This document shows positions 18,792 through 29,106 of a stretch of 60,035 bases of DNA, piece by piece; the first letter of the stretch is position 1; each line of letters opens with the position of its first letter. The notes under the pieces were generated by a model. That model searched no databases and was not told the origin of the DNA. It worked only from the letters and a program-made list of their open reading frames with translations. The translations under genes and the position numbers were made by a program. The DNA comes from Actinomycetota bacterium. Its GTDB lineage: Bacteria > Actinomycetota > Actinomycetes > Actinomycetales > Microbacteriaceae. The stretch covers positions 1 through 60,035 of the forward strand of contig JBEGTF010000004.1 in NCBI GenBank assembly GCA_041179545.1, written 5' to 3'.

Positions 18792-19889
18792 CTACGCGTT
18801 TGGGTTTGAATTGCCGCCGGCACTTTGAAGGACGTTGCGCAGATTTCTGAGATACACCTCAACCGAATCCCGTTCTGCCTTGATTCGATCAAGTTCAGAC
18901 TTGGCTTGGGTCACTTGAATCTCCAGATCTTGACCTGACTTAACCAAAACCGTGCGTGCCTCTGCTTCTGCGGCGGCGATAATGGCATCGGATTTCTTTC
19001 GCGCAGCATCCGTGGTTTGTTGGTTAATTGAAATCGCTGCCGCTTCAAGGGTTTCAGCTTCAAGGCGAGCTGCGTTTGCCCTGGTCAAGGCCGAAGAAAG
19101 CTGAGCGTTGGCATCGTCTAGATACCGTTGAGTAGCTGCGACGGCTTCCTGGTGTTTACGCAGGTATTCCGCCTCGGCCTCTTGGCGGCGAGCAGTAAGT
19201 TCAAGTTCAAGGTCAATTCTGGCCTGCTCGGTAAGCAGCGAATTTGCCTGATCAAAATCAAGACTCCGTGAGTTTTCACGGAAGGCTAGAAGCTTGCGCT
19301 CGGCCAAATCGCGCTCGACCGCAGCTTTTTGAGCTTCGATTTCACGTTTTGCGGTCGCTTTCATGCGAGCGACTTCTGTAGAGATAGCACCACGGATGGA
19401 GCCAGCCTCGCGGATTGATTCCTCCTTTACGCGGGTAGCCTCTGAGCGGGCTTGCGAAAGCATATCGTCGTAATCGCTTCTGGCAGCGACCAGAATTCGG
19501 TCGGAACGGCGCTGAGCTTCTGCAACCAGAGAGTCGTAGTATCCCTTAGCTTCGCCTCTAAGGTTGTCGATCTCTTCGTGAAGGGCCCGCTTTTGCTTCT
19601 CAATTTCCCGATTGGCATCCTGAATAAGGTTCTGGGCCTGGTCCTCTGCGGTGCTTAGGATTAGGGCAGCACGGGCGCCTACGCCCGAATAGGTGGGGTC
19701 TGCGGCCTCAGAAAGCGATGCCTTGGCCTCTTCTAAGGCCTTAGTGGCATCCTTTAGCTCTTGAGCTAGCTGGGCATTTTGGGCCGAAAGCTGCATCAGC
19801 TCCTTGCGTAGGTCCAAAATGGCGTCATCGACCGGGCCACGCTCGTAGCCACGCATGACTACGGGGAATTGGGTCTCTTCGCCAGACAA
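18792..19889 (-). CDS. DivIVA-motif coiled-coil protein (Scy/FilP-like)
   Basis: N-terminal FPVVMRGYERGPVD followed by a long Ala/Glu/Arg/Lys coiled coil. Confidence 0.82.
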   Translation of the reverse strand: MSGEETQFPVVMRGYERGPVDDAILDLRKELMQLSAQNAQLAQELKDATKALEEAKASLSEAADPTYSGVGARAALILSTAEDQAQNLIQDANREIEKQKRALHEEIDNLRGEAKGYYDSLVAEAQRRSDRILVAARSDYDDMLSQARSEATRVKEESIREAGSIRGAISTEVARMKATAKREIEAQKAAVERDLAERKLLAFRENSRSLDFDQANSLLTEQARIDLELELTARRQEAEAEYLRKHQEAVAATQRYLDDANAQLSSALTRANAARLEAETLEAAAISINQQTTDAARKKSDAIIAAAEAEARTVLVKSGQDLEIQVTQAKSELDRIKAERDSVEVYLRNLRNVLQSAGGNSNPNA

Positions 19890-19967
19890 AAGGTGGGCTC
19901 CTAGGCACTTGGTTAGAATAGTGAGGGCAATCCTGCCCGTGCCAAGTTTACCCTGATTGGATATCGC

Positions 19968-21668
19968 ATGCGCTTCCTGATTGCTGCCGCGCTATTCGTC
20001 ATATCTGTCTTGATGTTGCTTTTTGGGCTTGCAGAGCGCACTATCTGGGCGCCGCCGGCAAATTTTTCCGAATCAGTCGAAATCAAAAGTTCCAAGCCAC
20101 TTGCCCTCATTCCAGCTAAAACTTTGGCGAAACATCCGGGAAACCCCTACATTCAGGTGGAGGGGGCCAAACCGGTTTTTATTGCTTCCGGACGTGAATC
20201 TGACATTCGCGCATGGATTGGGGTTTCAGAATTTGAGACCATCGAATTCAATGAAAAAGGAACCAAGCTGGAGGCAAAAGCAACGCTTGGTGCGAAAAAT
20301 ATAGAAAACCCCATGGGTGCGGATCTATGGCGAACCGAAATCCAATCAAACTCTTTCGCTGCACTTCAGATTGGAAGAGCTGAAGAGGGCGCCGCGCTGG
20401 TTGCTAGCGACGGTGTGAAGCCGGTTCCTTCAACCATTAGCGTGCTGTGGCCCATTGCCCACGACTTAACTCGATCAAACATTTTCTTGATCGCTGGTTC
20501 GGTCGCACTGATTGGCGCTTTTATTATGAATTACATCGCCTATCGCCACATGCGCAAATCGCGAGGACCTCGCAGGCGAACCCCAGCTCCACCTAAGCCA
20601 CCGCGCTACAAAGTGAAGCGAAACAAAGCCAACGCTCCGGTTCGCGGTCGCAGATCAGCGCGACGCGCATTTATTGCAATTCCTTTGTCAATGACGCTGC
20701 TGGCTTTGGGAACCGGATGTGCCTCGGATGTAAAACCATCGCCGAGCCCGACTCCTTCTATAAGTGCAATCGATGTTCCGCCGGTTGCACTAACTGCCAC
20801 TCAGGTTGACCGAATCCTTTTGGATGTTGAAAAGATTGCAGCCGACGCCGACTTAGTTTCAGATAAGAAAATTCTTGCTTCTAGGTTTACTGGTCCCGCA
20901 TTGGCCCAGCGAACCGCAAACTATATTCTGAGAACTCGAGACGCAAGCGTCGCGAAGTTGCCCAAAATTGTTTCTAAGCCGATTACATTCAGCCTTCCGG
21001 CTGCAACCGATGCCTGGCCACGAACGCTCATGGTGGTAACTGATGAAGCCGGAGATGAAGCCCTTCCGCAGATGCTGGTTTTTGAACAGGCAACACCAAG
21101 AAGCAACTACATGCTTTGGTACAACATTCGCTTAATGCCCGGCGCCAAGATTCCTGAAGTGCCATCAAGCGAGAGCGGGGCCATTCCGGTGGATGTGAAG
21201 TCGCTCTACTTGAAACTTGCTCCTGAAGATATTGCTTCTGCCTATGGAGATGTGCTGAACCGTGGCGCTTCAAGCTTGAGCTATGGCCTTTTTGATCTGG
21301 CTAAAGACGAGTTTTATAAACAGGTGTCTGAAAGCCAGAAGAGTCAGGTGGCAAACCTGAAAACTGGAACCATCAAATTCACGCACACCTTGGGCAACAA
21401 GAATGTGATTTCGCTTTCAACCACCAAAGCTGGGGCACTGGTTGCGGTTTATATGACAGACACTTACGTCATCAAGCCAAAGAAGCGCGGTTCTGCGGTA
21501 GCCGTTTCTGGCCAAGAAAAGGTGCTTCTAGGTGCTGATGGTTCGACCCGCGGTGTTCGGAGTATCTACGGCGACATGATGTTGTTCTACGTTCCAGCAC
21601 TGAGCGACTCAGCGGGCATCAGGCTTTTGGGTGTTACCCAGGGCTTGGTAAGTGTCAGGAGCCTATAA
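19968..21668 (+). CDS. Conserved membrane protein with an internal lipobox-like segment
   Basis: 566 aa ORF with three hydrophobic segments; LLALGTGC around residue 251. Confidence 0.8.
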   Translation: MRFLIAAALFVISVLMLLFGLAERTIWAPPANFSESVEIKSSKPLALIPAKTLAKHPGNPYIQVEGAKPVFIASGRESDIRAWIGVSEFETIEFNEKGTKLEAKATLGAKNIENPMGADLWRTEIQSNSFAALQIGRAEEGAALVASDGVKPVPSTISVLWPIAHDLTRSNIFLIAGSVALIGAFIMNYIAYRHMRKSRGPRRRTPAPPKPPRYKVKRNKANAPVRGRRSARRAFIAIPLSMTLLALGTGCASDVKPSPSPTPSISAIDVPPVALTATQVDRILLDVEKIAADADLVSDKKILASRFTGPALAQRTANYILRTRDASVAKLPKIVSKPITFSLPAATDAWPRTLMVVTDEAGDEALPQMLVFEQATPRSNYMLWYNIRLMPGAKIPEVPSSESGAIPVDVKSLYLKLAPEDIASAYGDVLNRGASSLSYGLFDLAKDEFYKQVSESQKSQVANLKTGTIKFTHTLGNKNVISLSTTKAGALVAVYMTDTYVIKPKKRGSAVAVSGQEKVLLGADGSTRGVRSIYGDMMLFYVPALSDSAGIRLLGVTQGLVSVRSL

Positions 21669-21670
21669 CC

Positions 21671-22627
21671 GTGTCTGATTTTTTGTCGAGGGCGAGTCTT
21701 GCCGGAGCCGTGGATTTATCTGGATTCAAGAAATCGGACCCAGTTACCAAGGCGGCAGGTTTGAACGCCGGACAAGACAGCAATGGCCAGCTGGGCGTAG
21801 CTCAAGGTAGTACCGTAAAAGTTCCAGATGTGGTTGCGCTTGGCACAGAAACCAATCTGAAGAGTTTCGTAAACATCTCGGCGAGCGTTCCGGTTTTGAT
21901 TGACTTTTTTGCAAGCGACCTTGAGCAAAGCGTGCTGCTTAGCGAAAAGCTTGAGCGGTTAGTTAGGAAAGCTTCAGGAAAGATCCTGCTGCTCAAAGTT
22001 GATAGTCAACTTTCGCTTTCTATTGCCCAGGCATTTGGTGTCAAAGAAGTGCCAAGTGTTGTTGCCGTGATCAAGGGCCAGCCAATTCCGCTTTTCGAGG
22101 GAGACCAAACCGAAGAGACAATTGCTGCCGTGCTAGATCGATTGCAGCAGGTTGCGGCAGAGAACGGCGTTGCTGGATTACTTGAGGTTTCGGGGGAGTT
22201 TGACGAGGCTTCTATTCAAGATATGCCACCGAAGCACAAAGCAGCCTATGACGCCATTGATGCAGGAAACTACGCAGAGGCAGTAGCTCAGTACGAGGCT
22301 GCTCTTCGCGAAAGCCCAGCCGATGCGATGGCAACCGCAGGTCTAGCGCAGGCCAAGCTGCTTTTACGCACTCACGAAATTGACTTCGAGGCGGTTCTCG
22401 CTTCTGCGCCAACAGATTTGGAAACCTGCTTACTAAAGGCCGATGCCTGTGTTGCAGTGGGTCACGCTGGCGAGGGTTACCAGACAATCCTCACTAGGTT
22501 TGCAGTCGCCGATAAAGATGAACGTGAGAAACTTCGCAAACATCTACTTGAGCTATTTGCTGTTTCGCCTCCTGATGCACCAGAGCTTGCCGCTGCGCGT
22601 CGTTCGCTAGCTGCGTTACTTTACTGA
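21671..22627 (+). CDS. Thioredoxin-fold/TPR co-chaperone (YbbN/CnoX-like)
   Basis: GAVDLS, VPVLIDFF, AQAFGVKEVPSVVAVIKGQP and C-terminal ARRSLAALLY. Confidence 0.88.
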   Translation: MSDFLSRASLAGAVDLSGFKKSDPVTKAAGLNAGQDSNGQLGVAQGSTVKVPDVVALGTETNLKSFVNISASVPVLIDFFASDLEQSVLLSEKLERLVRKASGKILLLKVDSQLSLSIAQAFGVKEVPSVVAVIKGQPIPLFEGDQTEETIAAVLDRLQQVAAENGVAGLLEVSGEFDEASIQDMPPKHKAAYDAIDAGNYAEAVAQYEAALRESPADAMATAGLAQAKLLLRTHEIDFEAVLASAPTDLETCLLKADACVAVGHAGEGYQTILTRFAVADKDEREKLRKHLLELFAVSPPDAPELAAARRSLAALLY

Positions 22628-22642
22628 TGCGAGCCGGTCAGT

Positions 22643-24853
22643 TTACTGAGCTGGCTTAAACCAAACTGCGCCAAGCGGTGGTACTGAGATTATTGCTGAG
22701 TGAGGCTGACCGTGGGTTCCATCTTGGTTCGCGTTTATTGCCCCAAAGTTACCCACACCTGAGCCACCGAACTCAATCGCATCGGTGTTCAGTATTTCAG
22801 TCCACGCACCTGATTTGGGCAGGCCAAGCCTGAAATCATGATGTGGGTGTCCTGCAAAATTAATCACAACCGCGATTGGAGTACCTGAATCGTCATATCT
22901 CAGGAACGTGAGCAAATTGCCATCTGCGTTACCGCCATCAATCCAAACAAATCCGCGGTGGTCATGATCAAGCTGCCACATCGCAGGATTTTCAACATAA
23001 ATTTTGTTCATTGCTGCTACAAGGGATTGCAGGCCTCTATGGCTTGGCTGATCCAGAATCCACCACTCCAGGCCACGTTCTTGAGACCATTCAGATTGCT
23101 GGCCAAATTCCGAACCCATAAATAGTAGCTGCTTGCCAGGGTGAGCCCACATAAACGCTAGGTAGGCGCGAACATTTGCCAGTTGCTGCCATCGATCGCC
23201 AGGCATTTTTGCCAGCAGCGATCCCTTCCCGTGCACTACTTCATCGTGGCTTATCGGCAAGATGAATTTCTCGTCGTAGGCGTAAAGCATCGAGAAAGTT
23301 AATTCACCGTGGTGATACTTGCGGTACGCAGGATCTTTTTCAATGTACTGAAGAGTGTCGTTCATCCAGCCCATGTTCCATTTGAAACCAAAGCCCAGCC
23401 CGCCGCCGTCTGTGGGTGCGCTAACGCCTCCCCAGCTAGTTGATTCTTCTGCAATCATCATGATGCCTGGGTTTCGGCGATAAGCAGTTGCGTTGACCTC
23501 CTGCATGAAGGCGATTGCGTCTAGATTTTCTCTGCCTCCGAACTGGTTGGGTAGCCAGTCATCACCTTCGCGCGAGTAATCGAGGTAGAGCATCGAAGCC
23601 ACCGCATCAACGCGCAGTCCATCGACGTGGAACTCTTCTAGCCAATAAAGTGCATTGGCAACTAAGAAGTTCTTAACCTCGTTGCGGCCAAAGTCAAAAA
23701 TGTAAGTGCCCCAGTCTGGGTGCTCACCGCGTCTTGGATCTACGTGTTCATAGAGAGCTTGGCCGTCGAAACGTCCGAGGGCCCATTCATCCTTCGGAAA
23801 GTGCGCTGGAACCCAGTCCACAATTACACCGATGTTTTCTGCGTGCAATCTGTCAATCAAGTACTTTAGGTCATCCATTGAGCCAAACCTGGAGGTAGGC
23901 GCATAGTATCCAGTTACCTGGTAGCCCCAGGATGGCGCGTAGGGATGTTCAGCAAGCGGCATGAACTCCACGTGGGTGAATCCCATTTCTTTCACGTATG
24001 GAATTAGTTCATCCGCAAGAGAACGATAGTCAAGACCAAGTTTCCAGGAACCGGCATGCAGTTCGTAGATCGACATCGGTGATTTCAGCGCGTCTCGCTT
24101 GCTGCGCTCACTCAACCAAGCAGAGTCTTTCCACTCATAGGTGGATTCGGTGACAATAGACGCGGTGGCCGGTGGTATCTCGGTCGCACGGGCGAGAGGG
24201 TCAATCTTTGTAATCCAAGTTCCGGCCTTGGTCAAAATTTCATATTTATATTTGGTGCCAGCGCCAATTCCAGGAATGAAAAGCTCCCAAACTCCTGAGC
24301 CTCCCATCACGCGCATTGCGTGGGATGTGCCGTTCCAGTGATTGAAGTCACCAACCACCCTGACCGCGTCTGCGTTCGGTGCCCAAACGGCAAACTTAGT
24401 GCCAGAACTTGAACTGGAAGGAGACTTGATGGTGATTGGATGCGAGCCAAGTGCTAGCCAAAGTTCTTCGTGGCGCCCCTCGCTTATCAGGTGAAGGTCT
24501 AGGTCGCCAATAGTTGGTAGGTGACGGTATGGATCGTCTATTTGCCATTCGATCTCATCACCATCGCCTTCGTATTTGGCGCTAATCCGGTAGTCAGGCA
24601 GCTTCTTGGTGCTTAGGAATCCCTGCCAGATTCCATCGCTAAGGTGGGAAAGTTCTACAGCATCTTCACCCGCCACTACAACCGCGACACTTTTTGCCAT
24701 CGGTTTGAGCGTGCGAATTACCCAACCCTTCTCTAACGGGTGGACCCCAAGAAGCGAGTGCGGGTCATGGTGCGAGCCACTGGCAACCCTGCGCAAGAAA
24801 TCTTGGTTAATTTCGGGAAGCGTAATCACGGACTTCTTTCTGATGATTGCCAT
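22643..24853 (-). CDS. glgB: 1,4-alpha-glucan branching enzyme
   Basis: FAVWAPNA, SWGYQVTGYYAP, DGLRVDAVASMLY, AEEST and SHDEVVHGK motifs. Confidence 0.98.
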   Translation of the reverse strand: MAIIRKKSVITLPEINQDFLRRVASGSHHDPHSLLGVHPLEKGWVIRTLKPMAKSVAVVVAGEDAVELSHLSDGIWQGFLSTKKLPDYRISAKYEGDGDEIEWQIDDPYRHLPTIGDLDLHLISEGRHEELWLALGSHPITIKSPSSSSSGTKFAVWAPNADAVRVVGDFNHWNGTSHAMRVMGGSGVWELFIPGIGAGTKYKYEILTKAGTWITKIDPLARATEIPPATASIVTESTYEWKDSAWLSERSKRDALKSPMSIYELHAGSWKLGLDYRSLADELIPYVKEMGFTHVEFMPLAEHPYAPSWGYQVTGYYAPTSRFGSMDDLKYLIDRLHAENIGVIVDWVPAHFPKDEWALGRFDGQALYEHVDPRRGEHPDWGTYIFDFGRNEVKNFLVANALYWLEEFHVDGLRVDAVASMLYLDYSREGDDWLPNQFGGRENLDAIAFMQEVNATAYRRNPGIMMIAEESTSWGGVSAPTDGGGLGFGFKWNMGWMNDTLQYIEKDPAYRKYHHGELTFSMLYAYDEKFILPISHDEVVHGKGSLLAKMPGDRWQQLANVRAYLAFMWAHPGKQLLFMGSEFGQQSEWSQERGLEWWILDQPSHRGLQSLVAAMNKIYVENPAMWQLDHDHRGFVWIDGGNADGNLLTFLRYDDSGTPIAVVINFAGHPHHDFRLGLPKSGAWTEILNTDAIEFGGSGVGNFGAINANQDGTHGQPHSAIISVPPLGAVWFKPAQ

Positions 24854-24855
24854 GG

Positions 24856-26892
24856 CTAAGAGGTTTTCACTTCTTTTCCAATTGCAAAAATATGCACCGG
24901 CTCTTTGAATGAATCCAGTCTGACAAAATTATCTGCAGTCCAGATGTAGCTTTCGTTGGTAATAAGATCAACAACCTCAAAGCTAGCTCCGTAATCAAGC
25001 CCCAGTTTTGCCAAATCCAAATGCACGGTGGTTTCGCGAACGGCGTGTGGGTCAACATTCGCGACTACCAAAACTGCATCACTCTTTCCGATAGGGCTGT
25101 GTTCTGCAGCTAGGTACTTTGAGAAAGCCAAAATTGCGGTGTCATCTGTATTGTGAAATTCAATGTTTCTTAGCTGACGAATCGCCGGATGCGCCATTCG
25201 AATCTGATTCAGTTTTGAAATGTACCCTGCGATGCTGCGACCGCTTGCCTCGGCAGCAACCCAATCGCGTGGGCGATACTCATATTTCTCGCTGTCGATG
25301 TGTTCTTCAGCTCCTGGTCTAGCAACTGACTCGCAAAGCTCGTAGCCCGCGTACATTCCCCAGCTAGGTGAGGACATCGCTGCGATTGCTGCACGAATCT
25401 TGTGTGCAGCTGGACCGCCAAACTGTAAGTATTCGGTGAGGATGTCCGGGGTGGTGACCCAGAAGTTAGGTCTGAAGAATGCGGCACTTTCATGGGCCAA
25501 TTCCTTTAGATAAGACTCAAGTTCCCACTTCGTATTTCTCCAGGTGAAGTAAGTGTAAGACTGCTGGAATCCTGCCTTGCCAAGTGCGTGCATCATCGCG
25601 GGTCGCGTGAACGCTTCTGCTAAAAATACGACATCGGGGTTCTTGAGGTTTACCTGTTGAATCAACCATTCCCAAAATGCGAGCGGTTTGGTGTGCGGAT
25701 TGTCAACGCGGAATATCTTTACGCCTAGAGCTATCCAGTGATTCACGACTCTCAGAACTTCTAGGTAGATGCCTTGAGGATCGTTATCGAAGTTGATTGG
25801 ATAAATGTCTTGGTATTTTTTTGGCGGATTCTCTGCATAAGCAATGGTTCCATCGGCGCGAGTACTAAACCACTCAGGGTTGGATTTAACCCACGGGTGA
25901 TCAGGAGATGCTTGCAATGCCAAATCCAAAGCAATTTCAATGCCGATTTCATTTGCTGCACGAACAAACGCCTTGAAATCCTTTTCCGTTCCTAAATCAG
26001 GATGAATCGCATCGTGCCCACCATCAGCAGATCCGATCGCCCAAGGCGACCCCGGGTCTTGAGGCCCAGCAACGAGCGTGTTGTTTGGGCCTTTTCGATA
26101 TGCAACACCGATTGGGTGAATCGGGGGCATGTATAAAACGTTGAAGCCCATCGCAGCGACTGCCGGAAGGCGCTTGGCTGCTGTTTTGAAGTTACCGGAG
26201 GTCCATGTTTTTGTTTTGGAGTCGAAGGTTGCTCCTTCGCTCCGTGGGAAAAACTCATACCAAGCGCCAACACCAGAAAGCTCACGCTCGCACTTCAGGG
26301 TGAAACTTTCGCTAAGTGTGATCAGAGTTCGAATCGGTTCATCGGCCATCGATTTCAAAATCTCTGGAGACTCTACCGCGGCCAGTCTCGCCTTAGCGGT
26401 GCGTTTGGAGTCTTCTAGGATCGATATTGCTTCCAAACAGATTTTGATACTGGTCTTGGAGCGGCTGATCTCGGCGATCGCGCGTTTGAATACTGAGGTA
26501 CCTTCGAGCATCATCAAATCTTCGTCGACTCCAACTGCAATTTTGATGGTTGCATTGTGGTGCCAGGTGTCGAAATCATCCGCAAATGCGCGAATTTGAA
26601 AAAAATAGTTTCCCTGTTCGCGGATGGCCAAATTGGCATGCCATAGATCAGAACCTGGGTGACCCGCATGCATTCTTTGTGTCAGGGTTTTGCCAGTTGG
26701 GCTGGTAAGTAATAGTTCGACTCCCAGGGAATCGTGACCCTCGCGAAAAACACTCGCACTGAAAGGTATGACTTCGCCAACAAAGGCCTTGGCTGGCCAG
26801 CGCCCACCTTCAACCGTGGGGGAGACATTAAGAATCGGGAAGCGGCCAAACGGGTGCTCGTTCAGGTAGCTGATACCGCTCATCTTGCTCAC
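24856..26892 (-). CDS. glgE: Alpha-1,4-glucan:maltose-1-phosphate maltosyltransferase
   Basis: WYEFFPRS, YAENPPKKYQDIYP, FRVDNPHTKP and LAEAFTRP motifs. Confidence 0.98.
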   Translation of the reverse strand: MSKMSGISYLNEHPFGRFPILNVSPTVEGGRWPAKAFVGEVIPFSASVFREGHDSLGVELLLTSPTGKTLTQRMHAGHPGSDLWHANLAIREQGNYFFQIRAFADDFDTWHHNATIKIAVGVDEDLMMLEGTSVFKRAIAEISRSKTSIKICLEAISILEDSKRTAKARLAAVESPEILKSMADEPIRTLITLSESFTLKCERELSGVGAWYEFFPRSEGATFDSKTKTWTSGNFKTAAKRLPAVAAMGFNVLYMPPIHPIGVAYRKGPNNTLVAGPQDPGSPWAIGSADGGHDAIHPDLGTEKDFKAFVRAANEIGIEIALDLALQASPDHPWVKSNPEWFSTRADGTIAYAENPPKKYQDIYPINFDNDPQGIYLEVLRVVNHWIALGVKIFRVDNPHTKPLAFWEWLIQQVNLKNPDVVFLAEAFTRPAMMHALGKAGFQQSYTYFTWRNTKWELESYLKELAHESAAFFRPNFWVTTPDILTEYLQFGGPAAHKIRAAIAAMSSPSWGMYAGYELCESVARPGAEEHIDSEKYEYRPRDWVAAEASGRSIAGYISKLNQIRMAHPAIRQLRNIEFHNTDDTAILAFSKYLAAEHSPIGKSDAVLVVANVDPHAVRETTVHLDLAKLGLDYGASFEVVDLITNESYIWTADNFVRLDSFKEPVHIFAIGKEVKTS

Positions 26893-26968
26893 CCTTCATA
26901 ACTTACTGATGTTTTAGGGGCGGTTCAGCCCCGTTTGCAATGCTTTACCTAGTTGTTAGATTGGGCAC

Positions 26969-29038
26969 TCAGAGCACCTTGAAAAGGATCATTGACGTGC
27001 CAGAGATGTCAACTTCCTGGCCGGAGCCAAGAGTAAGCGACTCTTTATTTGCACTTGGTACCTCGTGCGCACTATTCCATAGTTGTTCGAATCCCTTGGC
27101 GCCATCGATCTGCGGCATGGTGACGGTAATGCTGGTCTCGCTTCCGTGAATTACAAGCAGGAGAGAGTTTTTTGAACCATCTTCAAAGACTCGCTCGCTG
27201 TGACGAGAAATTGTTCGACACTCTGAATTGTGCCAATCTGCTTCACTCATTATCTCGCCGGTTGGGTTGTACCAACGCAGCAGGTCATGCTCGGGGGTTG
27301 CTTCGTTGAAATCACCAAATGTCTTTGGCCTAAGCACCGGGTTTTCTCGACGAAGCTTGGTAAGAAAGCAAAAAGTTTCTTCGAGGTCTTGCTGTTGCCG
27401 GGTCAGGTCCCAGTTCAGCCATGTCATTACGCTGTCTTGGCAGTAGGCGTTGTTGTTCCCATTTTGAGTCTTGCCGCGCTCGTCGCCAGAGGTAATCATG
27501 GGTACCCCCGAAGAAAAAAGAACGGTACCCAACATATTGCGAATCGCTTTTCTTCTCTGGATCCGAATTTCTTCGCTGGCAGCTTCGCCTTCGTGACCAT
27601 GATTGAAGGAACTATTGTTGTTTGCACCGTCGCGGTTGCTTTCACCGTTTGCGTTGTTGTGCTTAACGTCGTAGCTCACCAGGTCGTGCAAGCAAAAACC
27701 GTCGTGGGCGGTGATGAAGTTAATTCCGCCAAGTGGCCCCGAGGGACCGTCAATGATGTCTCGTGATCCTGAAAGCCTGGTGGCTAGATCGGCCACGCCA
27801 TTCCAGTGGCTACCCCCGTTGCGTGCAGCTGCAACGTCGCTCAACCAAAAACGACGGGTACTGTCACGGAATCTATCATTCCATTCGCTGAATCTGTCCG
27901 GGAAATTGCCTGTTTGCCAGCCGCCAAGGCCAACATCCCACGGCTCAACAATCATTTTTGTGTTTGTGAAGTTCAGGTCGTCGTTGATGGCCCGAAGCAG
28001 CGGGTGATTTGAATCGAAATGGTTGTTGTCGTTTCGAGCCAGAGTGGTAGCCAGGTCAAAACGATAGCCATCGATTTGCAAATCGTTAGTCCAATATCTC
28101 AGTGAATCCAGCGTCAGTTGAACAACGTGCGGATTTGAGAAGTCAAGTGAATTTCCGCAGCCCGTGGTGTCTTGGTAATGACCATTGTCATCTTGACGGT
28201 AATAACTTGAGTTATCGATGCCGCGGTAAGAATAGGTGAGGCCACCGGCACCGCCCTCGGCAGTGTGGTTATAAACGACATCCAAAATTACTTCGATGCC
28301 GTTCCTGTGAAGCTCGCGGATCGCTGTTTTCAATTCAGCGATGATGGCTTCCGGTCCTGCCTGGATTGCTGCCGCCGTCGCGTATCGGTGGTGGGGAGTA
28401 AAAAAGTTGATGGTGTTATAGCCCCAGTAGTTGATCAGCCCGTTCTTGATCAGGTGGGGCTCAGAAATCAACATCTGAATAGGAAGTAATTCAACCGCGT
28501 TGACACCAATTTTCTTGAGGTGCGCGATGGTACTTTCGTGTCCGAGCGCGGCATAGGTTCCACGGAGGTCATCGGGCAAGGCTTTGTTTCCACGCGTTAG
28601 ACCACGAGCGTGAGCCTCGTAAATGACCAGGTCCTCGAGCGGAATATTTGGCTTGGCGACGCCTTGCCAATCAAATTGGCCATCAATTACCACGCAGTGG
28701 TATTCGCGGGCGCTTTCTCGGACGACGCCTTTGGCATATGGGTCAATCAGGAAGATGCTGCTATTGAACCGGTTCCTTGGCGCTTCGGGACCGTCAACAC
28801 GCAAGGCGTACTTGGTGCCAAGGGTAAGGTCAGGGTCGGTGGCCTGCCAAATACCCCCATCGCCTGGCTGCAGAGAAATGGACTTAGTGACTTGGCGAGT
28901 GTCATCAGCGTTCAGAATGCAGAGTTCAACCGTCGAGGCCGTCTCTGAGTAGACCCGAATCGTGCCAACCCCATTCTGCAGAGTCACACCCATTGCTCGC
29001 GCTACGGCGGAATGGTTCTGGGCTTCTGGCGAGGACAT
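26969..29038 (-). CDS. glgX: Glycogen debranching enzyme
   Basis: NYWGYNT, DVVYNHTAEG, DGYRFDLA, EPWD, TAHDGF and GNNNAYCQD motifs. Confidence 0.97.
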   Translation of the reverse strand: MSSPEAQNHSAVARAMGVTLQNGVGTIRVYSETASTVELCILNADDTRQVTKSISLQPGDGGIWQATDPDLTLGTKYALRVDGPEAPRNRFNSSIFLIDPYAKGVVRESAREYHCVVIDGQFDWQGVAKPNIPLEDLVIYEAHARGLTRGNKALPDDLRGTYAALGHESTIAHLKKIGVNAVELLPIQMLISEPHLIKNGLINYWGYNTINFFTPHHRYATAAAIQAGPEAIIAELKTAIRELHRNGIEVILDVVYNHTAEGGAGGLTYSYRGIDNSSYYRQDDNGHYQDTTGCGNSLDFSNPHVVQLTLDSLRYWTNDLQIDGYRFDLATTLARNDNNHFDSNHPLLRAINDDLNFTNTKMIVEPWDVGLGGWQTGNFPDRFSEWNDRFRDSTRRFWLSDVAAARNGGSHWNGVADLATRLSGSRDIIDGPSGPLGGINFITAHDGFCLHDLVSYDVKHNNANGESNRDGANNNSSFNHGHEGEAASEEIRIQRRKAIRNMLGTVLFSSGVPMITSGDERGKTQNGNNNAYCQDSVMTWLNWDLTRQQQDLEETFCFLTKLRRENPVLRPKTFGDFNEATPEHDLLRWYNPTGEIMSEADWHNSECRTISRHSERVFEDGSKNSLLLVIHGSETSITVTMPQIDGAKGFEQLWNSAHEVPSANKESLTLGSGQEVDISGTSMILFKVL

Positions 29039-29106
29039 TCATCAATCCTAACTAGAGCCCTGTCTATGAAAGGTTTGGGGTCCCAAGCGGAAAGTAGGCT
29101 TATCCC

